64,000 nt of DNA, taken from positions 10,016 to 74,015 of the IMG/VR virus record IMGVR_UViG_3300037589_000163. One strand, given 5' to 3'. Both the position numbers and the translations under genes were made by a program. Of the stretch, positions 16,339-26,454 are shown piece after piece. The notes under the pieces are model-generated. The model was given only the letters and a program-made list of their open reading frames with translations. It was not told the origin of the DNA and ran no database searches. Source of the stretch: a virus (lineage: Duplodnaviria > Caudoviricetes). Numbering within the stretch: position 1 is the first letter of the stretch; the number at the start of each line of letters is the position of its first letter.

Positions 16339-18579
16339 ATGGATGTCAAAGAAGTTAGCGGAGAAACTCCGATCAATGCGGCACATGCACCTGCTTTGGT
16401 GGAGTGGGAAAATCCGCCAAACGTTCAGGTTCTCCAGGGAGATCTGGAAGCATCCAAACCGGCACATGACACTTTCGTCAACAATGTCCGACGCTGGAAT
16501 GATCTGACCCAGGTCACAGGCAAGGCCCGGCCCAAGAAGGTCAAGGGACGTTCAGCTGCTCAGCCCAAGCTCATTCGCCGGCAGGCAGAATGGCGCTATT
16601 CGGCACTGACCGAACCCTTCAACTCGACTGAGAAGATGTTCCAGGTCGATCCGACGACCTTTGAGGACGGCAATGCTGCTCGTCAGAATGATCGGGTGCT
16701 CAACTGGCAGTTCCGGTCGAAGATCAACAGGGTCAAGTTCATTGACGATTACGTTCGCTCTTGCGTGGACGAAGGAACTGTCATCGTTCGGACAGGCTGG
16801 AAGCGCACCACCGTCAAGGTGAAAGAGACGGTTCCGGTCTGGGATTACATGACTCCTTCAAACCAGGAAGATGTCGCTGTCTTGCAAGGAGCGATCGAGC
16901 TGAAGGAGCAGAACCCCCGGGAATACAACGAGACGGTCGGCGACGATGTGAAAGCAGCCGTGGACTTCTACGAGGAGAGCGGCACACCGAGTGTAGCCGT
17001 ACAGAACGGAGTCCAGGAAGTTGAAGCCGAGAAGGTGCTTGAGAACAAACCGACACTGGATCTGATCAATGTCGAGAACTTCTTCTTTGATCCTTCCTGC
17101 GGCGGCGATCTCGAGAAAGCCGGCTTCATCATCGTATCGTTCGAGACGTCCCAGGCAGAGCTCAAGAAAGAGCCGAAACGATACAAGAACCTGGAATACG
17201 TGAACTGGGAAGGCGCTTCGACGACTCTCCATGCAGATCACGCACCCCAGTCGACGGACAACAACTTCAACTTCAAGGACGCTCTCCGCAAGCGGGTGGT
17301 GGCCTATGAATATTGGGGTCTGTACGACATCCACAAGACCGGCGAACTGGTGCCGATCGTAGCTACTTGGATCGAAGGTGTCCTGGTTCGTATGGAGGAA
17401 AATCCCTTCCCCGACGGGAAGCCTCCTTTCGTTGTGGCAACCTACATGCCGATCAAAAGGCAGGTCATGGGTGAGCCCGATGCGGAACTTCTGGAAGACA
17501 ACCAGAAGATCCTTGGTGCTGTTACCCGCGGTATGATCGATCTCCTAGGTCGTTCGGCCAACGGCCAGCAGGGTTTCGCCAAGGGAATGCTCGATACGTT
17601 GAACAGGCGTCGTTACGAAGAAGGCGCCGACTACGAGTTCAATCCGAACATGCCTCCGAGCCAGGGCGTGCTTGAGCACAAGTATCCGGATATCCCTCAG
17701 TCGGCGATGTTGATGCTTCAGCTCCAGAACCAGGAAGCTGAAGCGCTGACTGGTGTGAAGGCGTTCTCTGGTGGCCTTTCCGGGGACGCTTACGGTGAAG
17801 TGGCTGCCGGCATCAAGGGAATCCTGGATGCGGCCGCAAAGAGGGAAATGGCAATCCTTCGTCGTCTTGCTGCTGGTCTGGTCAATATCGGCAAGAAGTT
17901 CATCGCCATGAACGCCGAGTTCCTCTCCGAAGAGGAAACCGTGCGTGTGACGAATGAAGAATTCATCATCATCAAACGTGAAGAGCTGCACAGCGAAGCC
18001 GGCGAGTTTGACATGAAAGTCGACATCTCGACAGCCGAGATCGACAACAACAAGGCCCAGGATCTGGGCTTCCTGCTTCAGACCACCGGCAACACCATGG
18101 ATTTTGGTGTGACCAAGTTGATCCTTTTGCAGATCGCTCGTCTCAAGCGGATGCCGGAACTTGCCAAGCTGATCGAAGAATATGAGCCCCAACCCGATCC
18201 TCTGAATGAGGAGTTGAAAAAGCTTCAGATCGAACATGAGCGGTTGGAAATTGAAAAGCTCAAATCGGAAATCAAGTTGAACCACGCTCGGGCCCTGAAA
18301 GAAGAGACAGTCGCTGAAGCAACCGTTCTTGACACCGTGGAGCAAGAGACCGGGACAAAGCACGCTCGAGATCTCGAAAAGCAGACCGCTCAGTCGACCG
18401 GGAACCAGAACCTGGAAGTCACGAAGTCGCTGCTCAAGTCGAAGAAGCCGGAGGAAAGCAATCCTGACATCGCTGCGGCTGTCGGCTTCAACGAGTTCTC
18501 CAAGCGTGAGAGGGACCCTCTCCGGGGAATTAACGAAGTAATCGATCCTGCATTATCAGGAAATACCGAAACTTTTTAA
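16339..18579 (+). CDS. Portal protein (N4 gp59-like)
   Basis: 746 aa; PKLIRRQAEWRYSALTEPF and ENPFPDGKPPFVV patterns; syntenic position. Confidence 0.92.
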   Translation: MDVKEVSGETPINAAHAPALVEWENPPNVQVLQGDLEASKPAHDTFVNNVRRWNDLTQVTGKARPKKVKGRSAAQPKLIRRQAEWRYSALTEPFNSTEKMFQVDPTTFEDGNAARQNDRVLNWQFRSKINRVKFIDDYVRSCVDEGTVIVRTGWKRTTVKVKETVPVWDYMTPSNQEDVAVLQGAIELKEQNPREYNETVGDDVKAAVDFYEESGTPSVAVQNGVQEVEAEKVLENKPTLDLINVENFFFDPSCGGDLEKAGFIIVSFETSQAELKKEPKRYKNLEYVNWEGASTTLHADHAPQSTDNNFNFKDALRKRVVAYEYWGLYDIHKTGELVPIVATWIEGVLVRMEENPFPDGKPPFVVATYMPIKRQVMGEPDAELLEDNQKILGAVTRGMIDLLGRSANGQQGFAKGMLDTLNRRRYEEGADYEFNPNMPPSQGVLEHKYPDIPQSAMLMLQLQNQEAEALTGVKAFSGGLSGDAYGEVAAGIKGILDAAAKREMAILRRLAAGLVNIGKKFIAMNAEFLSEEETVRVTNEEFIIIKREELHSEAGEFDMKVDISTAEIDNNKAQDLGFLLQTTGNTMDFGVTKLILLQIARLKRMPELAKLIEEYEPQPDPLNEELKKLQIEHERLEIEKLKSEIKLNHARALKEETVAEATVLDTVEQETGTKHARDLEKQTAQSTGNQNLEVTKSLLKSKKPEESNPDIAAAVGFNEFSKRERDPLRGINEVIDPALSGNTETF

Positions 18580-18658
18580 TTCGTTCTTGACCGAAGATAA
18601 TCAGTTAATATAAACAAGAAAATGTAATACCAAAAACCTCATAACCAAGGATACCAAA

Positions 18659-19012
18659 ATGTCTGAAATTCAGTCCTTTGAACGAGATATTCGGGATGCC
18701 AAGGAACTCATCGAAGTTCGCAAGGCCGCCCTCCGTCTTGAGCAGAACCAGGACTTCCGTCGCCTTTTCATCAACGGCTACTTCTCGACCGAAGCGGCCC
18801 GCATGGTTCAACTCTCCAGCGATCCGGCTCTGACCGAACAGCAGCGTGCTGACGCTCTCGATATGGCCAAGGCCACCGGCCACACGAAGCGTTACCTTTC
18901 GATGTGTGTCCAGATGGGTGCAGCAGCGGAACGCGAACTTCCCTCCATGGAAATCGCCCTCGACGAAGCCCGCGCCGCCGAAACCGAAGAAGCTGAAGGC
19001 GAGGAAGACTGA
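18659..19012 (+). CDS. N4 gp58-like protein
   Basis: LEQNQDFRRLFINGYF pattern; lies between portal and gp57. Confidence 0.75.
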   Translation: MSEIQSFERDIRDAKELIEVRKAALRLEQNQDFRRLFINGYFSTEAARMVQLSSDPALTEQQRADALDMAKATGHTKRYLSMCVQMGAAAERELPSMEIALDEARAAETEEAEGEED

Positions 19013-19014
19013 TC

Positions 19015-20358
19015 ATGAAACGACCCGCTTCAGCAGCCACCAACCAGGATGAATCTTACCTGGGGATGTCCGACGACGATTTCGTACAGATCAATGGTCC
19101 TGCTGTTGAAGCGGGTACGGAAGATGTGACGACGGAAGATGAACAAGTGGAAAAGCCCGGTGAAAGCCCGGGCTCTTCTGCGACAGAAGAAGACAAGGTC
19201 CTCGAAAACAAGGATCAGGGGGGTCATGAAGATCCTGGTTCCTCGGGAGAAGACCGTGTCGAAAGCACCTCGGATGAAGGTGCTCGTGACGAGAAGACCG
19301 AAAAAGAAACGGCTCAAGCGGCCGAATCCTGGACAGAGTACCAGGACGATCCGGATCTCTCGGAAGAAGACAATGCCGTGGCAAAAGCCGAGCATGAAAA
19401 GACCCGGCCAGCTCAGACCGAGAAGAAGGTTGAAGGAGATCCCCAGGCCAAGTCCGGCGATCCCAAGGAACCTGGTTCCACAGAAAAAACCCCCGACAAG
19501 AAAGTTGATCTGGAGGACTTCTACGCTCAGGTCATGAAGCCGTTCAAAGCGAACGGCCGGACCATTGAACTGAAGACTCCGGAAGAAGTCATTCGTCTGA
19601 TGCAGATGGGTGCCGGCTTCGGCCGCAAGATCCAGGACCTCCAGCCGCACCTGAAAACGGTGCGTATGCTCGAAAAGAATGACCTGCTCGATCCGGAAAG
19701 GTTGTCGTTTCTGATCGACATTAATAACAAAAATCCGGAGGCCATTAAAAAGTTAATCAAGGATTCGGGTATTGACCCCCTTGATTTTAATAATGAAGAT
19801 AATGTAGATTACCTTCCAACCAACCACGCTGTCAGTGACAGAGAGATGGTTTTCCAGGAAGCACTGTCGGACATCCAAAGTCGCGACGGTGGTCAGGAGA
19901 CCCTCAAGATCGTCAACCAGACGTGGGACGCCCAGAGCAAATCTGCAATCTGGGATCAGCCGGAAATTCTCCGCGTCATCCAGGAACAGCGCGAAAATGG
20001 TGTTTATGACCAGATCGTCGCTGAAGTGGACCGTCAAAAGATACTCGGTACCATCCCCCATACGACTCCTTTCCTCCAAGCCTACAAGAAGGCAGGGGAT
20101 CATCTGCAAGCCAACAACGGTTTCAAAGCCGCGCCTGCACAGGAACAACAGATCCAGGAACAGTCGGGTGATAACCCGCAGCCACAAGTGATCGCTTCCA
20201 AAGCAGCAGCGCCGAAATCGAAAGTGGCGAACAGCGACAAGGCCGCAGCAGCCTCACCGACGAAGTCGGACGGTTCTGTAAAGAGCGGCGGTTCCAAGGT
20301 CAACCCGCTTTCCATGGCGGATGACGAGTTTCTCAAAACATTTGAAGGCCGGCTCTGA
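19015..20358 (+). CDS. N4 gp57-like protein (probable scaffold; often annotated tape measure)
   Basis: Acidic disordered N-terminus, FKANGRTIEL...LMQMGA core, and MADDEFLK C-terminus directly before the MCP. Confidence 0.8.
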   Translation: MKRPASAATNQDESYLGMSDDDFVQINGPAVEAGTEDVTTEDEQVEKPGESPGSSATEEDKVLENKDQGGHEDPGSSGEDRVESTSDEGARDEKTEKETAQAAESWTEYQDDPDLSEEDNAVAKAEHEKTRPAQTEKKVEGDPQAKSGDPKEPGSTEKTPDKKVDLEDFYAQVMKPFKANGRTIELKTPEEVIRLMQMGAGFGRKIQDLQPHLKTVRMLEKNDLLDPERLSFLIDINNKNPEAIKKLIKDSGIDPLDFNNEDNVDYLPTNHAVSDREMVFQEALSDIQSRDGGQETLKIVNQTWDAQSKSAIWDQPEILRVIQEQRENGVYDQIVAEVDRQKILGTIPHTTPFLQAYKKAGDHLQANNGFKAAPAQEQQIQEQSGDNPQPQVIASKAAAPKSKVANSDKAAAASPTKSDGSVKSGGSKVNPLSMADDEFLKTFEGRL

Positions 20359-20392
20359 GATTTTTGATGGTGCCGGTTAAGAGGAATTTTCA

Positions 20393-21592
20393 ATGCTGAA
20401 TTACAATGCACCAACCAGCACAAATGCCGGCACCGCCTCGGACATCGACGGCACCGGTTCGGGCCAGATGAACACCTTCTTCTGGCTTAAGAAGGCAATC
20501 ATCGAAGCTCGGAAAGAGCAGTATTTCATGCCGCTCGCATCGGCCGTCAACATGCCGAAGCACTACGGCAAGACCATCAAGGTCTTCGAATACATTCCAC
20601 TGCTCGACGAACGCAACGTCAACGACATGGGCCTCAACGCTTCCGGTGCGACGATCGCCGACGGCAATCTCTATGGCTCCTCGAAAGACATCGGCACCAT
20701 CACCTCCAAGCTTCCGGTCCTGACCGAGAACGGCGGACGTGTGAACCGTGTGGGCTTTACCCGTATCTCCCGAGAAGGCTCGATCACCAAGTTCGGTTTC
20801 TTCACCGAATTCACCCAGGAAAGCATGGACTTCGATTCCGATGACATGCTGATGGATCACCTGAGCCGCGAACTCATGAATGGCGCCGTACAGCTGACCG
20901 AAGCAGTTCTTCAGAAGGATCTGCTCTCCTCGGCCGGTGTCATTCTCTACGCTGGTGCAGCCACCTCCAATGCCACCATCATCGGTGAAGGCGCCACCCC
21001 GTCCGTGGTTTCCTACGCCAACCTGATGCGGCTCGATCAGGTACTGACCGACAACCGCACGCCGAAGCACACCAAGGTGATCACGGGCTCCCGCCTGATC
21101 GACACCAAGACGCTTCCGGCGGCCCGTGTGATGTTCGTTGGTTCCGAACTGGTTCCTCTGCTCAAGGGCATGAAGGACCTCTTCGACAATCAGGCGTTCA
21201 TTGCAGTCCAGCACTACGGCGATGCCGGCACCATCCTGAACGGTGAAATCGGTACGATCGATGCCTTCCGCATTGTTCAGGTTCCGGAAATGCTGCACTG
21301 GGCCGGCGTCGGTGATGACGAGACCACCAACCCTGGCTACCGGGCTACCGGCGGCAAGTACGACGTCTTCCCGATGCTTGTGCTTGGCGACGACTCCTGG
21401 ACCACGATCGGTTTCCAGACGGATGGCAAGAGCCTGAAGTTCAGTGTCATGACCAAGATGCCCGGCAAGGAAACTGCCGACCGGAATGACCCTTACGGCG
21501 AAACCGGCTTCAGCTCGATCAAGTGGTACTACGGCCTCCTGGTCAAGCGTCCCGAACGCATCGGTCTGATCAAGACCGTCGCCCCGGTCTAA
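20393..21592 (+). CDS. Major capsid protein (N4 gp56-like)
   Basis: 399 aa; [23 protein letters not shown] and [16 protein letters not shown] patterns. Confidence 0.95.
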   Translation: MLNYNAPTSTNAGTASDIDGTGSGQMNTFFWLKKAIIEARKEQYFMPLASAVNMPKHYGKTIKVFEYIPLLDERNVNDMGLNASGATIADGNLYGSSKDIGTITSKLPVLTENGGRVNRVGFTRISREGSITKFGFFTEFTQESMDFDSDDMLMDHLSRELMNGAVQLTEAVLQKDLLSSAGVILYAGAATSNATIIGEGATPSVVSYANLMRLDQVLTDNRTPKHTKVITGSRLIDTKTLPAARVMFVGSELVPLLKGMKDLFDNQAFIAVQHYGDAGTILNGEIGTIDAFRIVQVPEMLHWAGVGDDETTNPGYRATGGKYDVFPMLVLGDDSWTTIGFQTDGKSLKFSVMTKMPGKETADRNDPYGETGFSSIKWYYGLLVKRPERIGLIKTVAPV

Positions 21593-21614
21593 TCCGAACG
21601 GGATACGCAAACTG

Positions 21615-21644
21615 AAGGGGGAGAGTAACTTCTCCCCCTTTTTT
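21615..21644 (+). terminator. Intrinsic terminator after the MCP gene
   Basis: AAGGGGGAGA-GTAACT-TCTCCCCCTT followed by TTTT. Confidence 0.85.
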
Positions 21645-21676
21645 GGATAACCAAACCATTTCCAAAGGAAATCCTC

Positions 21677-22462
21677 ATGAACAGCGCAGAATCATCCGAA
21701 GGACTTTTCGACGACGTTCTCAAGAACAAGGAAGTCGAAGAGAACCAGGCAGAGACACAGGAGGTCACATTGCCGGAAACTGAAGAAAACAAACAGAACG
21801 ACGACACCGAGAACAAGGCTTCCGAGCTCGAGATCCTGAAGAACAGGGCTCGTATGATGAACATCACGTTCTCGAACAACATCGGCGTCGACGCACTTCG
21901 TTCCAAGATCAAGGCCAAGATGGGCGAAGAAGACGAAGATCCGACCGAAGACGAAGACGATGAGAGCGACAACGACGAAGCTGCCACCGGCGAAACGGCT
22001 GAACAGTCCGCCCCTGAACAGGGCGCTGCCAGCGTAACCGAGAAGAACACCGTCACTCAGGCGCCGGCCCCTGTTGTCGCCGAAAAGCCGATGACGCTGC
22101 GGCAGAAGATGATCAAGGAACAGATGCGTCTGGTCCGTGTTCGGATCACCAACCTGAACCCGAACAAGAAGGATCTCAGCGGCGAGATCTTTACCTTTGC
22201 CAACGAGATCATCGGCGCCGTCAAGAAGTTCGTCCCCTACGGCGAAGCGACTGAGAACGGCTATCACATTCCCTACTGCATCTATCAGCAGCTGAAGGAA
22301 CGTGAGTTCGTCAACATCAAGACCCGCAAGACCTCGAAGGGTCAGGTCGTCGTTGAAACGGGTATGGCCCGTGAATTCGCTCTCGAGGTGATGCCTCAGC
22401 TGACCGAAGTCGAACTGGCCCGTCTTGCTGCTTCCCAGTCGGCCGCTGAAGGCATGGATTAA
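21677..22462 (+). CDS. N4 gp55-like protein
   Basis: LVRVRITNLNPNKKDLSGEIFT and YHIPYCIY patterns. Confidence 0.8.
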   Translation: MNSAESSEGLFDDVLKNKEVEENQAETQEVTLPETEENKQNDDTENKASELEILKNRARMMNITFSNNIGVDALRSKIKAKMGEEDEDPTEDEDDESDNDEAATGETAEQSAPEQGAASVTEKNTVTQAPAPVVAEKPMTLRQKMIKEQMRLVRVRITNLNPNKKDLSGEIFTFANEIIGAVKKFVPYGEATENGYHIPYCIYQQLKEREFVNIKTRKTSKGQVVVETGMAREFALEVMPQLTEVELARLAASQSAAEGMD

Positions 22463-22492
22463 CAGATAATCGAGTTCTGATTATCTGTTAAT
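22458..22492. repeat. Perfect 14-bp inverted repeat with 7-nt spacer, built on the AGATAAT motif
   Basis: ATTAACAGATAATC-GAGTTCT-GATTATCTGTTAAT. Confidence 0.85.
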
Positions 22493-22512
22493 ATTTTAAA
22501 CGGAGAAACAAA

Positions 22513-23400
22513 ATGCCCGCCACCCCTTCCGGAGCCGACGTACTTGCGAACACGCTACTCAGTTCCCTGGTGGCGGGCAAAGACTTTTCGATCCCCGATA
22601 TCGATCTGTCAGACACCCTTTTCGATCAGCCAGCAGACACAGGCGATACCTACGGGACCATCAATCCGATCACCGTTGAGCAGCTGACCACCGGCCAGGT
22701 TGATGGCGACGGTGTGTTTGACAAGCTGATGGTGAGCCTGGTTGCTCATCTCAAGATCGAATACGAAGCAAGCCGCATTTCCGGTGCCGAATACACAAAA
22801 GCCTACATCGGTATGATCACCGCGGCATTGTCGACATCGACCCAATTCCTCCTGACCAAGGACAGCGCTTACTGGCAGTCTCTTCTGGTTCAGAAGCAGG
22901 CGCAGCAGGCAGAAGTTGAAGCAATCAAAGCTCGTGTCGAACTGGCCATGGCCAAGGTTCGTATGGCACAGGCTCAGTTTGAAGCTTCGACAGCAGAAGC
23001 CAACTACGCTCTGACCAAGCTCAAGCTCTCGACCGAAGACGTGACCTACGACAACATGGTCAAGCAAGGTGAAGGGCTCGATTTCACCAACGACAATATC
23101 CTGCCGAAACAGGCCACGCTCTTGTTCGAACAGACGGAAGTTCAGCGTTCCCAGACCCTGGATACGCGGACAGACGGCGCAACAGTCGCCGGCTCCGTCG
23201 GCAAGCAGAAAGACCTCTATTCGCAGCAGATCACGTCCTACCAGAGGGATGCCGAGACCAAGATGGTCAAGCTGCTTACGGACGTCTGGATCACCCAGAA
23301 GACGATCGATGAAGGTCTCCTGGCACCGAACCAGTTCACCAATGCAGAAATCGACATCGTTATGGCCAAGCTGCGATCGAACCTGGCTCTGACCACGTAA
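22513..23400 (+). CDS. Virion structural protein (N4 gp54-like)
   Basis: GDGVFDKLM...ISGAEYTKAYI and GSVGKQKDLYSQQITSYQRDAE patterns. Confidence 0.8.
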   Translation: MPATPSGADVLANTLLSSLVAGKDFSIPDIDLSDTLFDQPADTGDTYGTINPITVEQLTTGQVDGDGVFDKLMVSLVAHLKIEYEASRISGAEYTKAYIGMITAALSTSTQFLLTKDSAYWQSLLVQKQAQQAEVEAIKARVELAMAKVRMAQAQFEASTAEANYALTKLKLSTEDVTYDNMVKQGEGLDFTNDNILPKQATLLFEQTEVQRSQTLDTRTDGATVAGSVGKQKDLYSQQITSYQRDAETKMVKLLTDVWITQKTIDEGLLAPNQFTNAEIDIVMAKLRSNLALTT

Positions 23401-23409
23401 GGGTTTGAC

Positions 23410-25869
23410 ATGGCAACCAAAGTCTATGTCGACTCGGTTGTTTACAACCTTGCCGGAGAAGAAGCGAACCGCCCGGACTTTTTGAAAAGCCTGGTGGTTC
23501 GCAACGTTTTGTCCGGAAGCGACGACAGCATGGCCGAGACGCTTCAGAACGGGTATTTCAACGGGCCCGGTATCGATCTGCGGCGCTTCTACAATTGGGC
23601 CAAGAACCCCGCAAATTACAACCAGGTCGGGCTCCCGAGCGGCAAGCTCGAGATCCATGGTTCGATCGACAGCTCTTCGGTTGCTGCACAGATCCCGCAT
23701 GGCGTGGACGAGGAGATCTGGGTCCAGGTCTCAAAAGTTGGCTATGCGGACATCCTGTATTGGGCCGAGCAATGGGTGCTCGAGAATTACCCGGAAGAAG
23801 CCGGCACAGCCTGGACCGTTGATCACACCGTCACCGCGGGAACGATGACAATCACTCTCGAGGACACGAGCACGCACTCTGTCCCCGTGATTGGTTTCAA
23901 TGAAAATGGTCGATACGTTTACAGTTACTATGTGATTGTGAAGCCTGGAGAAGAGGGGACTCTCTTTACCGGAGACACCACCGTGATCAGTGATCCGGTT
24001 GATTTCCCCGACACAACTGACTGGGATCTCTTGTCCACAGATGCCGGACCACCAGTCCATAGGATTTATGAAAAGAGAACCAGGGTCACCGATGAGCCAG
24101 GAAAATTCAAGGTGCTCATTGAAACGATGCATCAGTTCCAGGACGATGTGGCTGATGAGTATTCCTACCGCATCGATACCCAGACCAACGTTGAAAAAGA
24201 GTATGGGGAGACTCTTCTCTTCATCTATGAGATCGGCAGCGGCAACGCGGTCCTGGATGCCATTGTTTCCAACACGGTGGAATATGGCGAATTCTTCCCT
24301 TTCATTCCGATACGGTTGGAGAACGAGTTTCTCTCCACGAGCTATTTCCCTACGGCCTTCGCTCAGACGGCAAAGGCCTACAAGAAAGCGACTGGTCAGA
24401 AGATCTCGAAGCTGATCGCTGATCTTGAAGACAATGACAAGCTCGAAGACATCGATCATGCTTTCGTGACGTTTGGCGTGTCGTTGAACACGTTGGAATC
24501 TGCGAGCAAGAAATACCTGTTTCGTCTGTTCGAAATGCTCCAGTTGGCGCAAGTCGGCGGCCCGAGTGCGTATTCGACCTGGAAAACAATGTTGGCCGGC
24601 CAGCAGACGATCGCAGACGAATGGGTAGCCTGGAAGGAAAGACAGGATTCTCCGGCCAACGAAAGCGATGCCTATGAGGAAGAGCCGACAAGGCCGGGGT
24701 TTGACAGCCTGCCGACCAATCAGCTTTTGATTTCAGGGACAGGCGCTCTGAACTCAAGATATGACGTCCGGCTTGAATGGGTTTTCGTCGAAGACGGATC
24801 CGGAACAGGTCTAGGCAAGTCAGGCGCAAAGAAGGGAGATCTCTGGATCGAGTATCTGGGAGAGGACGATGTTGCCTCCCTGATCTATTCAGCGACCTCC
24901 AACAACTCGACCCCGCTGCCAGGTCAGATCGAGAAGATTCGGCTTTACTGGCAGAACGGGAACAGCACCTACAAATTCCTGGACATCGTTGGAGCCGTTC
25001 ACCGGAACTTTGTCTATGGCGACAACGAGATCAGGATCACGGCAAAAGAAGCCCTGGATGACACTGACGAGTCCGGTTTCATCGTGCCGCTGCATTACGA
25101 CACCTGGAGAGCACTCTCGCTCAAGGATGTGACCCAGATGGCCACAGCCTGCGTCTTTATCCAGTTCAACTGCTACAAGCTCGTGAAGTTGAAATGGTAT
25201 CAGACAGGTGTCTTCAAGATCCTGGCGGTGATTGCAGTTGCGATTGCCAGTGTGGTGTTCACCGGCGGCGCCGGCATCGGCATTCTTGGCACTCATTTGA
25301 GTGTAGGGAGTAGCCTAGGCTTTACCGGACTGAGTGCGGCGATCGTGGGATCTGTGGCTAATGCGTTGGCTGCCTTGGTTCTCATAACGGTCATTGAGCA
25401 GGTCACCAAGGACCTGGGTGTGTTGGGAAGCATTCTCTCGACGCTGTTGATGTTCGTCATCGGCCAGGTGGGGGCTGCTTTTCAGAACACGGGAACCCTG
25501 TCCTTCAACTGGGGTGATCTTCTGAAAGCCGACAACTTGATGAAGCTGACCAATGCAGTCGGCCAGGGGGTTTCTTCGTTCCTGAACGACGACACCATGA
25601 AGATCAATCGCGACTGGCTCGATTATTCCAAAAAGATGGAGATGGAAACCAAGAAAATTCAGCAAGCATATTTTGAAGAATTCGGTTATGGTGCAGGAGT
25701 AATCGATCCTTTTATGCTGGTTGACTCCTCGAATGGACCGATTGCCGAGAGCTCTGCCACTTTCCTCACCCGGACTTTGATGACCGGAAGTGAAATTGCC
25801 GATATGTCCCACGAGCTGCTCTATAATTTTCCTGAATATAGTTTAAAATTGCAAAACGCATTTTCTTGA
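23410..25869 (+). CDS. Virion/tail protein (N4 gp53-like)
   Basis: 819 aa; EFFPFIPIR pattern and a late hydrophobic segment after KLKWYQTGVFK; syntenic position. Confidence 0.78.
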   Translation: MATKVYVDSVVYNLAGEEANRPDFLKSLVVRNVLSGSDDSMAETLQNGYFNGPGIDLRRFYNWAKNPANYNQVGLPSGKLEIHGSIDSSSVAAQIPHGVDEEIWVQVSKVGYADILYWAEQWVLENYPEEAGTAWTVDHTVTAGTMTITLEDTSTHSVPVIGFNENGRYVYSYYVIVKPGEEGTLFTGDTTVISDPVDFPDTTDWDLLSTDAGPPVHRIYEKRTRVTDEPGKFKVLIETMHQFQDDVADEYSYRIDTQTNVEKEYGETLLFIYEIGSGNAVLDAIVSNTVEYGEFFPFIPIRLENEFLSTSYFPTAFAQTAKAYKKATGQKISKLIADLEDNDKLEDIDHAFVTFGVSLNTLESASKKYLFRLFEMLQLAQVGGPSAYSTWKTMLAGQQTIADEWVAWKERQDSPANESDAYEEEPTRPGFDSLPTNQLLISGTGALNSRYDVRLEWVFVEDGSGTGLGKSGAKKGDLWIEYLGEDDVASLIYSATSNNSTPLPGQIEKIRLYWQNGNSTYKFLDIVGAVHRNFVYGDNEIRITAKEALDDTDESGFIVPLHYDTWRALSLKDVTQMATACVFIQFNCYKLVKLKWYQTGVFKILAVIAVAIASVVFTGGAGIGILGTHLSVGSSLGFTGLSAAIVGSVANALAALVLITVIEQVTKDLGVLGSILSTLLMFVIGQVGAAFQNTGTLSFNWGDLLKADNLMKLTNAVGQGVSSFLNDDTMKINRDWLDYSKKMEMETKKIQQAYFEEFGYGAGVIDPFMLVDSSNGPIAESSATFLTRTLMTGSEIADMSHELLYNFPEYSLKLQNAFS

Positions 25870-25884
25870 TAATAGGGTGAGATA

Positions 25885-26409
25885 ATGAATTACGCACAGC
25901 AGATTGCTCGTTTCGGCTCTGGTTCGTCTCTCGACGGTACGAATGTCCAGATGACCCCAATGATGTTTGATGCAATGGGTGGAGCTGCTCAGGGTCCCGG
26001 TGCCGCGGCAAATCCGATTGCGACTTATGGCCAGGCTTCGCAGTCGAGCCCCACGTCGGTATGGCCGAGTGGGAATACGGGAAACAGCGGCATCATGACC
26101 GGCCAGATGTTCCCTCAAGCTCCTGGTTCCAGTTTTGGGGCGAAGACGGGCCTCGGCATGAACATGGATACCGGAAGGCTGATCATTGGCGGCCTTCAGA
26201 CGATCGGGAATCTCTGGCAGGCGTGGGAAGCCAACAAGCTGGCCAAGAAGCAGTTCAGCTTCCAGAAGGAGTTCGCCGAAAAGAACATGGCGAACCAGAT
26301 CAAGTCCTACAACACGACGCTGGAGGACCGCACACGTTCCCGCACTCACAGCGAAGGCGGCACACAGGCCGAAGCAGCAGCTTACATCGAAAAAAATCGC
26401 CTCGGCTGA
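25885..26409 (+). CDS. Small ejection/structural protein (N4 gp52-like)
   Basis: Gly-rich, Cys-free; NQIKSYNTTLEDR pattern. Confidence 0.75.
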   Translation: MNYAQQIARFGSGSSLDGTNVQMTPMMFDAMGGAAQGPGAAANPIATYGQASQSSPTSVWPSGNTGNSGIMTGQMFPQAPGSSFGAKTGLGMNMDTGRLIIGGLQTIGNLWQAWEANKLAKKQFSFQKEFAEKNMANQIKSYNTTLEDRTRSRTHSEGGTQAEAAAYIEKNRLG

Positions 26410-26454
26410 TCCGAAGAGCGAGCACTCGAACACTTGAGTAATTGAGGATTTGAA

